Source: Roseibacillus sp.
GTDB lineage: Bacteria; Verrucomicrobiota; Verrucomicrobiia; Verrucomicrobiales; Akkermansiaceae
NCBI GenBank assembly: GCA_051251855.1
Contig: JBPOGI010000001.1
Location: 832,001 to 896,000 of the forward strand
DNA length: 64,000 bases
Direction: 5' to 3'
Each line of letters opens with the position of its first letter. The first letter of the stretch is position 1. Below are positions 9,186 through 18,599 of the stretch, piece after piece. The position numbers and the translations under genes are program-made. The notes beneath the pieces were generated by a model that was not told where the DNA came from, ran no database searches, and worked only from the letters and a program-made list of their open reading frames with translations.

Positions 9186-10628
9186 TTACGTAAGGTAGCC
9201 AACCGGTCCTGTTGCTTGGGGAGTCCAAAACCGTGAGAGGTTGGGGAGGACATCAAGGAGAGAAGTGTCTGAGAGACCGAACCAGCGCAGCGCTTCGGCG
9301 ACGACTTCGTCCGTCGAGAGGGTGGGTAAAAAACGTCCACCCAACCCGAGGTCGAGGGGGCCAAACTGGTCACCCATTTGCTCCATGGAAGGGTATTGTC
9401 CATGAATTCTTCCTGCACGGACGGAGCCGCCGAGCGCCATGAGATTACCTCCCCAAGCGTGGTCGGAGCCGCGACCGTTAGAGCGCAAGGTGCGCCCAAA
9501 CTCTGAGACCACGAGGGTAAGGACGCTGTCGGCCAAGCCGAGTTCTTCGATGGCTTGTTGATAAGCATGAAGCGATTGGCTGACATCCCCGAGCATGCGA
9601 GAATGGGTGTTGAGGAGCTCGACATGATGGTCCCAACCGCCGGCTTGCAAGTAGAAGGTTTGGCGAGGGTGTCCGAGGGTTTCGCGAGCGATGATGCCGC
9701 GGAGGGTGGCACCGAGTTCGGTCGCGAGAGGGGGTTGGTTTTCGAAAAAGGCGGCCGCTTCCGGGGGGAGTGGGTGTTGCTCGTAGGCTTCTTGAAAGGC
9801 GTTTTGCGATTCAAGGGCGTCCTTGGTTCGATTCGCTAACCCTTCTTCTAAGACGTGGGCATGACTTTGGGATACAAGATCGCGGAAGGCGTTGGCGCGA
9901 AGGTTTTGATATTGGTCAGGCGACGAACCATCGAGACCTTGTGGCAGGATGGAGGCTCCATTGGGTCGGAATGCGAAGGGTCCTTTATTGGGGCCTGTTT
10001 GTAAAATATTGGTGCCTGCCACCGAGAGGGATGCGGGCACAATCGAGTCTCCCGTGGACTGGCGAATGCACTCGATGGCACGTCCCGCCCAACCGGTGAT
10101 GTCTTTCTGTCCTTGGGGAACTGATGTCTGCCAGTGCTTAATCTGATCGATGTGAGAGAAGAGTCCCTGCGGTAGGGCGGTGCTGCGGTTTTGATATTCG
10201 CTCAGGGTCGTTGGCTCGACCAAGGCTCCCGCATTGGTGACAAAGGCGAGACGTCTCTTGCCTGCGAAGGCTCCGGTTCCGTTGAATAATTCTGCGATCC
10301 CCGGGATGTTCGGATGGAGGCCATAGCTTTGACCGTCACCGTCGGCCAGTTGATCAAGAGGGAGGAGTTCTTCTTCCGGGATGGCCAGTGATGTCCGGGC
10401 GGCGGCGTAGTGAGAATAGCGCGAGCCCGTCGGGACCAGCTGATTGAAGGAGTCTTGCCCTCCATGCAGAAAGAGGACGACGAGAGACTTGGGAGGTGAA
10501 CCGGCTGGGAGGCCATCAGCGGCCGCGCTGCGCGCAAAGCGAAGGTTGGCGAGGAGGTTCAAGGCGGTGACTGAACCAAGGGCGGCGCAGGGTGCTTGGC
10601 GTAGGAATTGGCGGCGGGAGGAATTCAT
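9186..10628 (-). CDS. DUF1501 family protein, Tat-exported
   Basis: SRRQFL Tat motif; LFLHGGQDSFN, GLHP, LFSH, GWAGR, GGWDHH, SEFGRTL, NGRGSDHAWGG. Confidence 0.9.
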   Translation of the reverse strand: MNSSRRQFLRQAPCAALGSVTALNLLANLRFARSAAADGLPAGSPPKSLVVLFLHGGQDSFNQLVPTGSRYSHYAAARTSLAIPEEELLPLDQLADGDGQSYGLHPNIPGIAELFNGTGAFAGKRRLAFVTNAGALVEPTTLSEYQNRSTALPQGLFSHIDQIKHWQTSVPQGQKDITGWAGRAIECIRQSTGDSIVPASLSVAGTNILQTGPNKGPFAFRPNGASILPQGLDGSSPDQYQNLRANAFRDLVSQSHAHVLEEGLANRTKDALESQNAFQEAYEQHPLPPEAAAFFENQPPLATELGATLRGIIARETLGHPRQTFYLQAGGWDHHVELLNTHSRMLGDVSQSLHAYQQAIEELGLADSVLTLVVSEFGRTLRSNGRGSDHAWGGNLMALGGSVRAGRIHGQYPSMEQMGDQFGPLDLGLGGRFLPTLSTDEVVAEALRWFGLSDTSLLDVLPNLSRFWTPQATGPVGYLT

Positions 10629-10632
10629 AACG

Positions 10633-13600
10633 TTAACGTTGCACAGCGGCTTCGGGGCAAGCGGTGACCAGTTGGATGGCGAGGCGCGCTCGGGTGAGAT
10701 AATCTTCAGGCGGGAGAGAGTTGACGGCGTCGCGAATGGTGGCGCGACTGGCCACTGAGAGTCCGCCGTTGCAGCACATGATGTTGAGATGTTCTAACAG
10801 ATGGTCGGTGTCTCGCGCGAGAGCGGCCTCCCGACTCCAGTCGAGCGAGGTCTGATAGGCACCGTATTCGACGAAGCCCTCTTCGATGATTTCCCAGAGT
10901 TTGACGGGGGCGGCGATGCTGGTGAAGGAGTCGGTGATCTGGAAGACGGGTTCGACCAAGTTGCCCTCGTCTGTGAGACCGCGGGGACGGTGGTCGGGCT
11001 GAAAGAAGTTGAAGACGCTGGAGGAAAGAAGGGGGGTCTGGAGAGTGGCTTCTTCGAATGTTCCTGGGGTGGGTTGCCAATAGAGAGCCTTCGGTTTCTG
11101 GTCGAGACCTCCTAGGCGGGCGAGACGGGTGGCGCGAATGACGGGCTCTTGCATTTTGCCGAAGGTGGGGGAGAGCACTGAGGACGAGGGAGACTGCGCT
11201 TCAGGGTCTAACAGAATAGCTTGGGCGACGGCGGCAAGGTTGCCTCGTTCTCCGAGGCCGTCATCTTCGAAGACTTGAGCGACGCGGTCGATGTAGGCGG
11301 GGGAAGGATTGCTGGTGACGAAGAACTGAATGAGAGCCCGACTGACGAAGGGCGCGGTGTTGGGATGCTCAAAAATTACCTGAAGAGCGGCGTCGATTTC
11401 GGTCTCTGCATTGAGGAGGGTGGGAGCGCGTTCTGGGAAGGTTTGTCCGAGAAAGGTCTTTTCGCCGAAATCGTGACGAGAGGGGTCGAGGCGCATGGGG
11501 ATGGCAAAGTGCTCTTCCTGCCAACCAGCGTATCCCCACGGTTGGCCTCCATACCAGTGGCCGGTGAAGACGCGTGCGAGTTGAGAGATGTCGGCATTCG
11601 TGTAGGTGGGAATCTCGTTGCCGGAATCATCGGTCTTGCGGGAGCCGTCGCGATTGAGCTCCCAAAGGCCAATGGTGAAAAGCTGCATCAGTTCACGGGC
11701 GTAGTTCTCGTCGGGATTGCGATTCTCGCCGGCGAGGACTCGCTCGTTGCCAATGTGACTGAGGTAGGTGCCCATGCAAGGGTCCCAGGTCACTTCTCGC
11801 ATGAGGTCGAGGTAGTTGCCCAGAGAATGCTCAATGAGAATATCGTAGTAGCTGGAGACTCCTAACAGGTGTTGGCCGAGAATGGCGTCCATGCGCGAGA
11901 CGACGAGGATTTGGCTGAGGGCAAAGGCCATTCTCTGGCGCAATTGATCGGGACCAGCGATAGCACCACGGTAGAAGGAGGTCGTGAAGTTGTTGGCTGG
12001 AACAAAGTTCTCGAAATCGACCCGGTAGTAACCTTGGTCGGCTTCTTCGGTGTGATAGTCGTGAATCATCTCGTAGGCGTAAGGGACGGTGAAGGAGGGG
12101 GGCGCTTCCATCTGTTCTGTGAACCAGTCATCGTAGCCAAGAGAACGGAGGTGATTGATGCTGGAGACGGTGGGGCCGAAGGTGGCTTGGCTGAGGAAAC
12201 GGGCGGCTTCTACGGTGCTCATTTCTCCCGGTAAGCTTCCGAGTCGAAGAGCGGCCGCGGCCAAATCGCCTGGGATAAGAATGGCGTTGTTTTCCTCGGA
12301 GGGGTCATTTTGAGGGAGGGAATCCAGTCCGAGGCTTTGTTGTTGGGTAGGATCACTTCCGAGAAACGCTTCCGCCCAATCGCTGAGACCGTCTCCGTCT
12401 TGGTCGTTGTTACCCACCTCGAGACGGACGAAGTTGCGTTCGCCAAAGAGTTCCCAAGAGGCTTCGCTTGGGCCCCATTCCGTTGTCTCCCAATCCAAGA
12501 GATCCTCGCTGACGAAGAGTCGGGATTTTTTGAAGGGAAGATCGGAGGAAAGAGCAAAGAAGCGGCCGTCTTGGCGTCCGAGGGTCAAGGAGGGGGCTGA
12601 GTCTTTGTCAAAGGGGTCGGTTCCGGCGATGGCCTCGGCTTGGTTGTGGTAGCCATCTCCATCTGGATCATCGAAGGGGTTGAGGTCGGGATAACCAAGG
12701 GAAAGTTCCCAGATGTCGGAGAGGCCGTTGAGGTCGAAGTCTTCACCCGATTGGCCAGAGAATCCTGCGAGAGGAGGAATGCTGTTGGCGTCTGCAGGGT
12801 CGGAGCCGGCGCGCCATTCCGCGAAGTCTGACCACTGATCGTTATCGGTGTCTTGCTGCTGGGGGTCGAGACCGAGGGTGAATTCCATGCGCGCGCTCAA
12901 GCCGTCTCCGTCTTCGTCGCCATCTGCTCCAGCGCCCCAATAGGGGTTCATGCCATAGCGCTGCTCCCACTCGTCGGGAATTCCATCACTATCGCTATCA
13001 ACGGTCTCGGCGAATGCGGGAAGGGGTTCCAAGGGAGGGTATTCAAAGTAGAGGCTCGCCCCTTCGAGGACTGAACTTCCACGGGGTGCTCCGGGATCCT
13101 TGGAGCGCAAGACCCAAGGTTCTTGCCCGTTATCGGCCGAAGGCGCGGCTCGCAACCCCGTCAAAGTGGTTTCGAAAACAAGTTGGAGTCCTTCAGGTTC
13201 GTCGAGGTTAAGGATTCGGTAAGTGAGGGACCAGAGATTCTCGTTTGGGAATTCACGGGTCGCGATTTGTTCGATGCCGAGAATGGCGGAGACGTCGGCG
13301 GCTCCATAGCCGCTGAAGCCGAGAGGCACCTTCAAATCTACTGCTCCTTGGCGGTAGAGATCGTAGCCATAAAATCCGAAGGAACTGGAGGCGCGGGTGA
13401 GGAGACGCCATCGGACTTCGTTGTCAACGATACTGAGGCCCGCTTCCCAAGCATCGGTTGTTCCCGTGCTCGCCCCCAGATGAAGGGTGATGAGATCCTG
13501 AGGCCCGTAGATGGAGACTGTCTGGGCGGAGCGATGGTGGTCCCAGACGATCTGGATTTCATTGCGCCAGGTCCATGTTTGAGTTTCGGAGTCGAAGGTG

Positions 13601-15444
13601 GGTCGTCTTGGTTCGAAGATCGAGGCGTTGGTGGGGTCGGTGCCATCGCGCACTTCGTCGGCGTCGTTGACTCCGTCGCCATCGGTATCGGCAAGTTCGG
13701 GGTTGGAAGGGCGGGGCAACTGGCTTTCCAGCCAATCAGAGATGCCGTCGCGATCGGTGTCCTTGCTTGCGGAGCTGTTAGGACCTTCGTCGGGGTCGAG
13801 GACACCGTCTTGGTCACTGTCTGCGGTCCTCGGATCGCTTCCGCGGGTGTATTCGTCGGTGGCTTGGAGGCCGTCGTTGTCCAGGTCACTGGCTGCATCG
13901 GGAACTTCGGGATTGGTTTGATAGGTGAACTCCCACCAGTCTGGCAACCCGTCGTTATCGCGGTCGCTAGAGGTGTCGACGATTTGAATGGCGCTGATTC
14001 CTACTTGATAGGATTCGGTGCTGAGCTGAATGGTGGCGGTTGGTCCCTGAAGTCCTTTGAAGTGTGCGTAGGTCGCCATATCACTGGCTCGGTTGAGGAA
14101 GCGATTGATGAGGTCGGGATCGGTGAGTCCTTCAATGGCGTCGGTGAGTTCCTGCGGTTTGGTGTTAGCTAAGAGAAAGCGATCGTTGGGAGCGATGTTG
14201 GCGGTCGCGAAGTGGACGCGGGAGTCAGGTTGTTGGAGCACTTCGACCGCGCCACGAATCTTGGTGTAGCGACCGGCGAGCAGGACATAGAGGTCGTATT
14301 GCTGAAAAGGGATGTTTGAGAGCACGATCTCAACGGGCGTGGTGTCTTCAGCCAAGGTGTATACGATTCCTCCGAAGAGGCGTCCATTGACCGAGCCAGC
14401 ATTGGCACAAGTGGTGGTACCCAATCCAGTCCAGGAAGCCGTCACGCCCGAGGAACTGCCGTCGCCTAACAGGAGGTTGCTCTCGGCTCCGGAGGTGGCT
14501 CCTGTTGCTAAGGGTGAAGTGGTGTTCCAGTTTATTTGAGGAACGGGTCCTGCCAAAGCAAAGGAAGGGAGCGCGATTTGGGGTTTGGCTGCTGAGACGA
14601 ATTGGAGCGCGATCGTTTGGCCGAAAGAAGTAGCTGTTTGGGCTGGGTCGCGGGGATCGGTTCCGGTGTGCTTCTCCCAAGCGTCGGGCGAGCCGTCTCC
14701 ATCGGTATCGACGAGAAGTCCATCGGAAGCGCCTTCGATTTCGACTTGGTCTGAGAGGCCGTCGTTATCGCTATCGGCTTGCAGAGGATTCAATCCGGCC
14801 GCAACTTCGGCTCCGTCTGAGATTCCATCATCGTCGCTATCAGCGCGGTAGACTGAGGTGCCGTGGAGCCACTCTTGTTCGGCGGTGAGTCCGTCACCAT
14901 CGCGGTCTTCGGTGCTATCGGATTGTTCAGGTGAGAACCCGTTTTCGACTTCCCAATAGAGGGGGAGGCCGTCGCCGTCGTCATCGCTTTCGCCGCGGTC
15001 GAAGTAGGAAATGGTGACTGAGTCGATCGCAAGACTGCCTCCCGGGGAGCCTGAAGAGCGTTCGATAAAGAAAGAGTTATTCGTTTCGTCGGCGGCTTCA
15101 TTGGAGTTTACCTCGAAGAAAAAGGTTTGGGGGCCAGCTTCGACGAGCACGGAACCCAGTAAGGTGTCGTTGAAGCGAAAGGTGAGCTCATGCCATTCCT
15201 CCGCTAGATATTGACCGGTGATGGGGTCGGCGGGGGCCGACTGCTCACAGGTGACGACGAAGCGCAGCCTTCCATCAGAAAGGCTCCGTGAGCTGAGGTC
15301 GAGAGGGTAGGTCTCGGTTGTGGTTAAGGTCCGCTGTTGGTCACTTTGCACGACCTCCCAACGTTCGGCTCCCGAAAGAGAGCCTACGAGGAGTAGGAGC
15401 GGAACAAGGATGAACAACGACGAACCCAAGGGGGGCTTGAACAT
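10633..15444 (-). CDS. large secreted DUF1800 family protein with thrombospondin-type-3-like DxDxDG Ca-binding repeats
   Basis: Signal peptide; about 16 DxDxDG-type repeats; C-terminal AARFLSQATFG, DQLRQRMAFALSQI, PDENYARELMQLFTIGL, HPNTAPF, SNPSPAY, SVFNFF. Confidence 0.9.
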   Translation of the reverse strand: MFKPPLGSSLFILVPLLLLVGSLSGAERWEVVQSDQQRTLTTTETYPLDLSSRSLSDGRLRFVVTCEQSAPADPITGQYLAEEWHELTFRFNDTLLGSVLVEAGPQTFFFEVNSNEAADETNNSFFIERSSGSPGGSLAIDSVTISYFDRGESDDDGDGLPLYWEVENGFSPEQSDSTEDRDGDGLTAEQEWLHGTSVYRADSDDDGISDGAEVAAGLNPLQADSDNDGLSDQVEIEGASDGLLVDTDGDGSPDAWEKHTGTDPRDPAQTATSFGQTIALQFVSAAKPQIALPSFALAGPVPQINWNTTSPLATGATSGAESNLLLGDGSSSGVTASWTGLGTTTCANAGSVNGRLFGGIVYTLAEDTTPVEIVLSNIPFQQYDLYVLLAGRYTKIRGAVEVLQQPDSRVHFATANIAPNDRFLLANTKPQELTDAIEGLTDPDLINRFLNRASDMATYAHFKGLQGPTATIQLSTESYQVGISAIQIVDTSSDRDNDGLPDWWEFTYQTNPEVPDAASDLDNDGLQATDEYTRGSDPRTADSDQDGVLDPDEGPNSSASKDTDRDGISDWLESQLPRPSNPELADTDGDGVNDADEVRDGTDPTNASIFEPRRPTFDSETQTWTWRNEIQIVWDHHRSAQTVSIYGPQDLITLHLGASTGTTDAWEAGLSIVDNEVRWRLLTRASSSFGFYGYDLYRQGAVDLKVPLGFSGYGAADVSAILGIEQIATREFPNENLWSLTYRILNLDEPEGLQLVFETTLTGLRAAPSADNGQEPWVLRSKDPGAPRGSSVLEGASLYFEYPPLEPLPAFAETVDSDSDGIPDEWEQRYGMNPYWGAGADGDEDGDGLSARMEFTLGLDPQQQDTDNDQWSDFAEWRAGSDPADANSIPPLAGFSGQSGEDFDLNGLSDIWELSLGYPDLNPFDDPDGDGYHNQAEAIAGTDPFDKDSAPSLTLGRQDGRFFALSSDLPFKKSRLFVSEDLLDWETTEWGPSEASWELFGERNFVRLEVGNNDQDGDGLSDWAEAFLGSDPTQQQSLGLDSLPQNDPSEENNAILIPGDLAAAALRLGSLPGEMSTVEAARFLSQATFGPTVSSINHLRSLGYDDWFTEQMEAPPSFTVPYAYEMIHDYHTEEADQGYYRVDFENFVPANNFTTSFYRGAIAGPDQLRQRMAFALSQILVVSRMDAILGQHLLGVSSYYDILIEHSLGNYLDLMREVTWDPCMGTYLSHIGNERVLAGENRNPDENYARELMQLFTIGLWELNRDGSRKTDDSGNEIPTYTNADISQLARVFTGHWYGGQPWGYAGWQEEHFAIPMRLDPSRHDFGEKTFLGQTFPERAPTLLNAETEIDAALQVIFEHPNTAPFVSRALIQFFVTSNPSPAYIDRVAQVFEDDGLGERGNLAAVAQAILLDPEAQSPSSSVLSPTFGKMQEPVIRATRLARLGGLDQKPKALYWQPTPGTFEEATLQTPLLSSSVFNFFQPDHRPRGLTDEGNLVEPVFQITDSFTSIAAPVKLWEIIEEGFVEYGAYQTSLDWSREAALARDTDHLLEHLNIMCCNGGLSVASRATIRDAVNSLPPEDYLTRARLAIQLVTACPEAAVQR

Positions 15445-15534
15445 GTCGGTGCTAGGTGAACTAGCAGTATTTTATGACAAAAGGAAGAAGATTCGGGTTG
15501 GCCTGGTATGCTGGGAAGGGCGTTTTTAACTCTA

Positions 15535-16311
15535 CTAGAGTAGGTTATGGACGGAAACTCCTGGTTCGGAACCGACGAGGAGGTAGGCTTGTTTTTCGTC
15601 GCTCCAGCCTTTGGTTTCGCGGTCGTGGAAGACGATTACTTTTTCGAATTCGGCTTCGTGGGCGGGGTTGGACTCGAGTTCGGTGCGATCGAGCACAAAG
15701 AGATGGACGATTTCGTTGTCGTTGTTCTTGAAACAAATGAGGCCTACTTTGCGCTCGTTCCAATTGATTTTCTTACAGCCCATGCCTCGGTACTGAGTCA
15801 GCTTTCCTGGTAAGTTGGTGAGGGTGGGGAATTGCTCGGTGGCGAGCCAAGCTGCGGACTCGGTATTTGTCTGGAAGGTCTCGTCGAGAACAAAGCGCTG
15901 GCTGGCAAAGTAGGCCATTTGTTCACGGAGAGTTTCGACGGTGGGGTTGGCTGTTTGAGCGAACTCAACGGGGGGAGGGAAGGCGAAGAATTTGATGAGT
16001 CCTGCGGTGGAGAGAAGGAGAATGGCAGCGGCAGCCCACACAGCGTTTCGGGGAATTCTTCTTTTTGGAAGAGAGACGACTTGTTGCTCCTGGTAGGCAG
16101 TGAGCAAAGCCTCGCGACTGCCCAGCGGTGGTTCGGCTTGTGAAAGAGTTTGGGCGAGTTCGCGGTCGAAAGCGATTTGATCGTCGAGCCATGCCGAGAG
16201 CTCGGGATCGGCTTTGGCGGCGCGCAGGCTTTCGGCGATGAGGGGGTCGTCGTCCTGATAGAGTTCGGGACGGTAGCCAGCGAGATTTTGGCGGATTTGG
16301 TCTTTATCCAT
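15535..16311 (-). CDS. anti-sigma factor, DUF3379-like (single TM)
   Basis: Overlaps the ECF sigma stop; DPELSAW..Q.AFD N-terminus, TM AVWAAAAILLL, periplasmic GCK..W....VGLICF...VHLFV. Confidence 0.7.
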   Translation of the reverse strand: MDKDQIRQNLAGYRPELYQDDDPLIAESLRAAKADPELSAWLDDQIAFDRELAQTLSQAEPPLGSREALLTAYQEQQVVSLPKRRIPRNAVWAAAAILLLSTAGLIKFFAFPPPVEFAQTANPTVETLREQMAYFASQRFVLDETFQTNTESAAWLATEQFPTLTNLPGKLTQYRGMGCKKINWNERKVGLICFKNNDNEIVHLFVLDRTELESNPAHEAEFEKVIVFHDRETKGWSDEKQAYLLVGSEPGVSVHNLL

Positions 16312-16804
16312 GGGTGGGCGTGGGTGATTGGAGTTTTCGGCGAAGCTGGGCTTTTCCTCGGGAGAGGCGGGACATCACGGTGCCGATGGGGACTTTGAGG
16401 ATGGTGGCGATTTCGGGGTAAGTGTGGCCTTGAAGGTAATAAAGAGCGAGCGTTTCGCGGAAGGGTTGCGGGAGAGTGGCGAGGACTTTGAGCGCGGCTT
16501 GTCCATCGGAGTGACTGGCGGCTGAAGGGGTAGGAGAATGAAAGTCGGGGTCCAATTCTTGAGTGGGAAAGCGGGTGTTTTTACGTTTTTGGTCGATAAA
16601 TTCGTTGCGAAGAACAGAGAAGAGCCAGCTCTTGGCTTTCTTGGTTTCGCGAATTGAGGATCCTTTGCGAGCGAACTTAAGAAAGGCGTTTTGGGTGAGG
16701 TCGACAGCGTCACACTCCTGGCCGGCTAAGCTGAGCGCAAAGCGGTAGACGTCGTCGTAGCAGTCGGCTACGACTTGCTCAAATGTTGGTGGATTCTTTG
16801 CCAA
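16304..16804 (-). CDS. ECF RNA polymerase sigma factor
   Basis: Region 2 DAVDLTQNAFLK/KSWLF, region 4 YPEIATILKVPIGTVMSRLSRGK; start placed at TTG 16804 because a promoter-like motif lies at 16819-16846 (ORF track gives 16873). Confidence 0.9.
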   Translation of the reverse strand: MAKNPPTFEQVVADCYDDVYRFALSLAGQECDAVDLTQNAFLKFARKGSSIRETKKAKSWLFSVLRNEFIDQKRKNTRFPTQELDPDFHSPTPSAASHSDGQAALKVLATLPQPFRETLALYYLQGHTYPEIATILKVPIGTVMSRLSRGKAQLRRKLQSPTPTHG

Positions 16805-16818
16805 AGGAACGATAGTCA

Positions 16819-16846
16819 GAGGAACCGAAGCCTCTATTATTCCCGA
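16819..16846 (-). promoter_or_regulatory. putative ECF autoregulatory promoter TCGGGAATA-N13-TTCCTC
   Basis: Matches the motif upstream of the PEP-CTERM gene at 17756-17784; GGAA -35 and CGTC-like -10 are typical of ECF promoters. Confidence 0.6.
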
Positions 16847-16888
16847 TTGTTTTCTGGAGTTGGGAAATGACATTCACGGGGGGAAGTT

Positions 16889-16925
16889 TCCCAGCGCCCG
16901 AGTCTTAGGGAAGCGGGCGCTGGGA
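16889..16925 (-). terminator. GC-rich hairpin after the PEP-CTERM gene (terminator or mRNA stabiliser)
   Basis: TCCCAGCGCCCG (16889-16900) pairs with CGGGCGCTGGGA (16914-16925); 12-bp perfect stem, no clear U-tract. Confidence 0.5.
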
Positions 16926-16944
16926 GTTCCAAGTAACAAATGTG

Positions 16945-17739
16945 CTAGGAGCGACGGCGGCGGAGAAGTCCTGTCGCGAGAGCGAGTCCGGCGAGTAGGC
17001 TGGTGGAAGGTTCGGGAATGACTTCGAGGGTGACAGTGGCGATGGAGGAACCGGTGAAGTCGAATTGGGTGGAATCGAATCCCGGGCTGGCGTTGGCGAA
17101 GGAGCTGAACGGGTCCGGACCTGAAACGAGGCTGATGACTCCGTTTTGATCGGTGCCAAAGTCGGCTGCGCCGCCACCGGGGTTCGTGACGCCGATGAGT
17201 CCGTTGCCTGGGGAGAAGTCGAAGTCTTCCAGCTCGGTGCCACCATCCCAAACGTTGGTGAAGTCAAACATGAGGGTCGCTCCATTCGCTGCCCCAAGCA
17301 GGGAGGAAATGTCGTGGTCAGCTCCGTTACCGTTACCAATGAACCAGTCATTGGAGGGAAGGAGCATGGAGGCGAAGTTGAACATGTTGTGTCCGTCGGC
17401 GACTGAAAAGATAGCCGAGCTGCTGGCGCCTGGCGCGAAAATGGGGGGAGAGCCGGGCCCGACGCCAGGGCCGAAGATGGGGCCGCCGCTGTTTCCTCCG
17501 AGAGTGCCGATGAGTCCCATCGGGCTACCTGTTTCGGCGAGTTGTTCCAGTGCCGAAGAAGATGCGGTGCCGGGAATAAAGAGGTTGAAGGAACCGTCAG
17601 AGAAGGCGGCGAAGCCGGGGGCGAGCCCGACGGGGCCGGTGGTCTGAACGGTCACGCGGATAGAAGTTGCAGCGTGGGCGGAGGCGGAGAAGGCGAGTCC
17701 TCCGGTGATGGCGAGTAGTGTAGTTCTGGTTGTCTTCAT
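16945..17739 (-). CDS. spondin-domain PEP-CTERM surface protein
   Basis: Signal peptide; LEQLAETG, ASMLLPSNDWFIG and WDGGTE spondin_N-like motifs; C-terminal VIPEPST-TM-RRRRS. Confidence 0.88.
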   Translation of the reverse strand: MKTTRTTLLAITGGLAFSASAHAATSIRVTVQTTGPVGLAPGFAAFSDGSFNLFIPGTASSSALEQLAETGSPMGLIGTLGGNSGGPIFGPGVGPGSPPIFAPGASSSAIFSVADGHNMFNFASMLLPSNDWFIGNGNGADHDISSLLGAANGATLMFDFTNVWDGGTELEDFDFSPGNGLIGVTNPGGGAADFGTDQNGVISLVSGPDPFSSFANASPGFDSTQFDFTGSSIATVTLEVIPEPSTSLLAGLALATGLLRRRRS

Positions 17740-17755
17740 AGGAAGCTGTCCAAGG

Positions 17756-17784
17756 GACGAAGAGCTTCCGAAAAGTATTCCCGA
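17756..17784 (-). promoter_or_regulatory. putative ECF-dependent promoter TCGGGAATA-N14-TTCGTC
   Basis: Reads GGAATA-N16-CGTC, ending 16 nt upstream of ATG 17739; 9-nt identity with the sigma gene promoter. Confidence 0.65.
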
Positions 17785-17826
17785 GAAAGTTGAGGGGATG
17801 AATTTGTGGGCCTTTGGAAGGCTGGA

Positions 17827-18579
17827 TTAGCGAGCGACCCACTTGACGGCGTTGACCAAGAGCTTTTGGAAGGCGGGGTTGCCGTGGGCCTTCTCGTCGT
17901 GGCCTAGAGTGATGCAGACGATGCGGGTCTTGGGGTCTTTGACTACCCACACGCTGGGGATGGGGCCATCGGTTTTGTCCGCTTCGTTGTGGGCGCAGAC
18001 GTGCACTTTCTCCTCGTCTGCGAGTTCGACACGGTAATTTTCATCCTGAATGGTGAAGTTTGGGGGTAATTCATCGGTGACGGCGTGTTCAGTGTCGCTC
18101 ACGGTGACTTCGAAAAGTCCTTTGCCATGGCTGGGAGTGCGGCCCGCTACGAAGCGGTCGTTATAGCCTTCCCAAGGGTGGGACCAAGTGGCGGCATGGA
18201 GGAGGACTATTCCTTTGCCTACATTAGCATGTTTGTGAAGGGCTTGCTGGAACTCTTTCTTGCCGAATTGACGGTGATTTCCGCTGAAGACGAGGACGTC
18301 GGCTTGAGGCAGGAGGGAGAGGGCCTCCTTGAGGTTAGGGGTGGCTGCGACATCAAGGCCGCCGCTGGCGAGGAGAGTCTCCTTGTCGGTGCCAAGGAAA
18401 TCGCGCGGGAAGTGGTGGGAGCTGCCCGAGCCTACCAAGAGAACTTTCGTGGTGTCAGTGGCTTCTGACTTGGCGAAACTCTGGCCCATGGGCTCGATAG
18501 TTTTCGGATCCGAGGGGTCTCCAGAGGTGGTGCCAGCGACGACTAGGAAAAGAACGAGTGCTGAGGTGAGAGTTTTCAT
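17827..18579 (-). CDS. secreted ThuA-domain (class I glutamine amidotransferase-like) protein
   Basis: Signal peptide; SSHHF, GIVLLHAA, DENY, ITLGHD, LLVNAVKW. Confidence 0.8.
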   Translation of the reverse strand: MKTLTSALVLFLVVAGTTSGDPSDPKTIEPMGQSFAKSEATDTTKVLLVGSGSSHHFPRDFLGTDKETLLASGGLDVAATPNLKEALSLLPQADVLVFSGNHRQFGKKEFQQALHKHANVGKGIVLLHAATWSHPWEGYNDRFVAGRTPSHGKGLFEVTVSDTEHAVTDELPPNFTIQDENYRVELADEEKVHVCAHNEADKTDGPIPSVWVVKDPKTRIVCITLGHDEKAHGNPAFQKLLVNAVKWVAR

Positions 18580-18599
18580 TTTTGGATGTAGCTTGGGTT

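Noticed and set aside
15450..15466. TGCTAG-N5-CTAGCA inverted repeat just upstream of the DUF1800 gene
   Set aside because: Single 6-bp-arm palindrome with no second copy or candidate regulator
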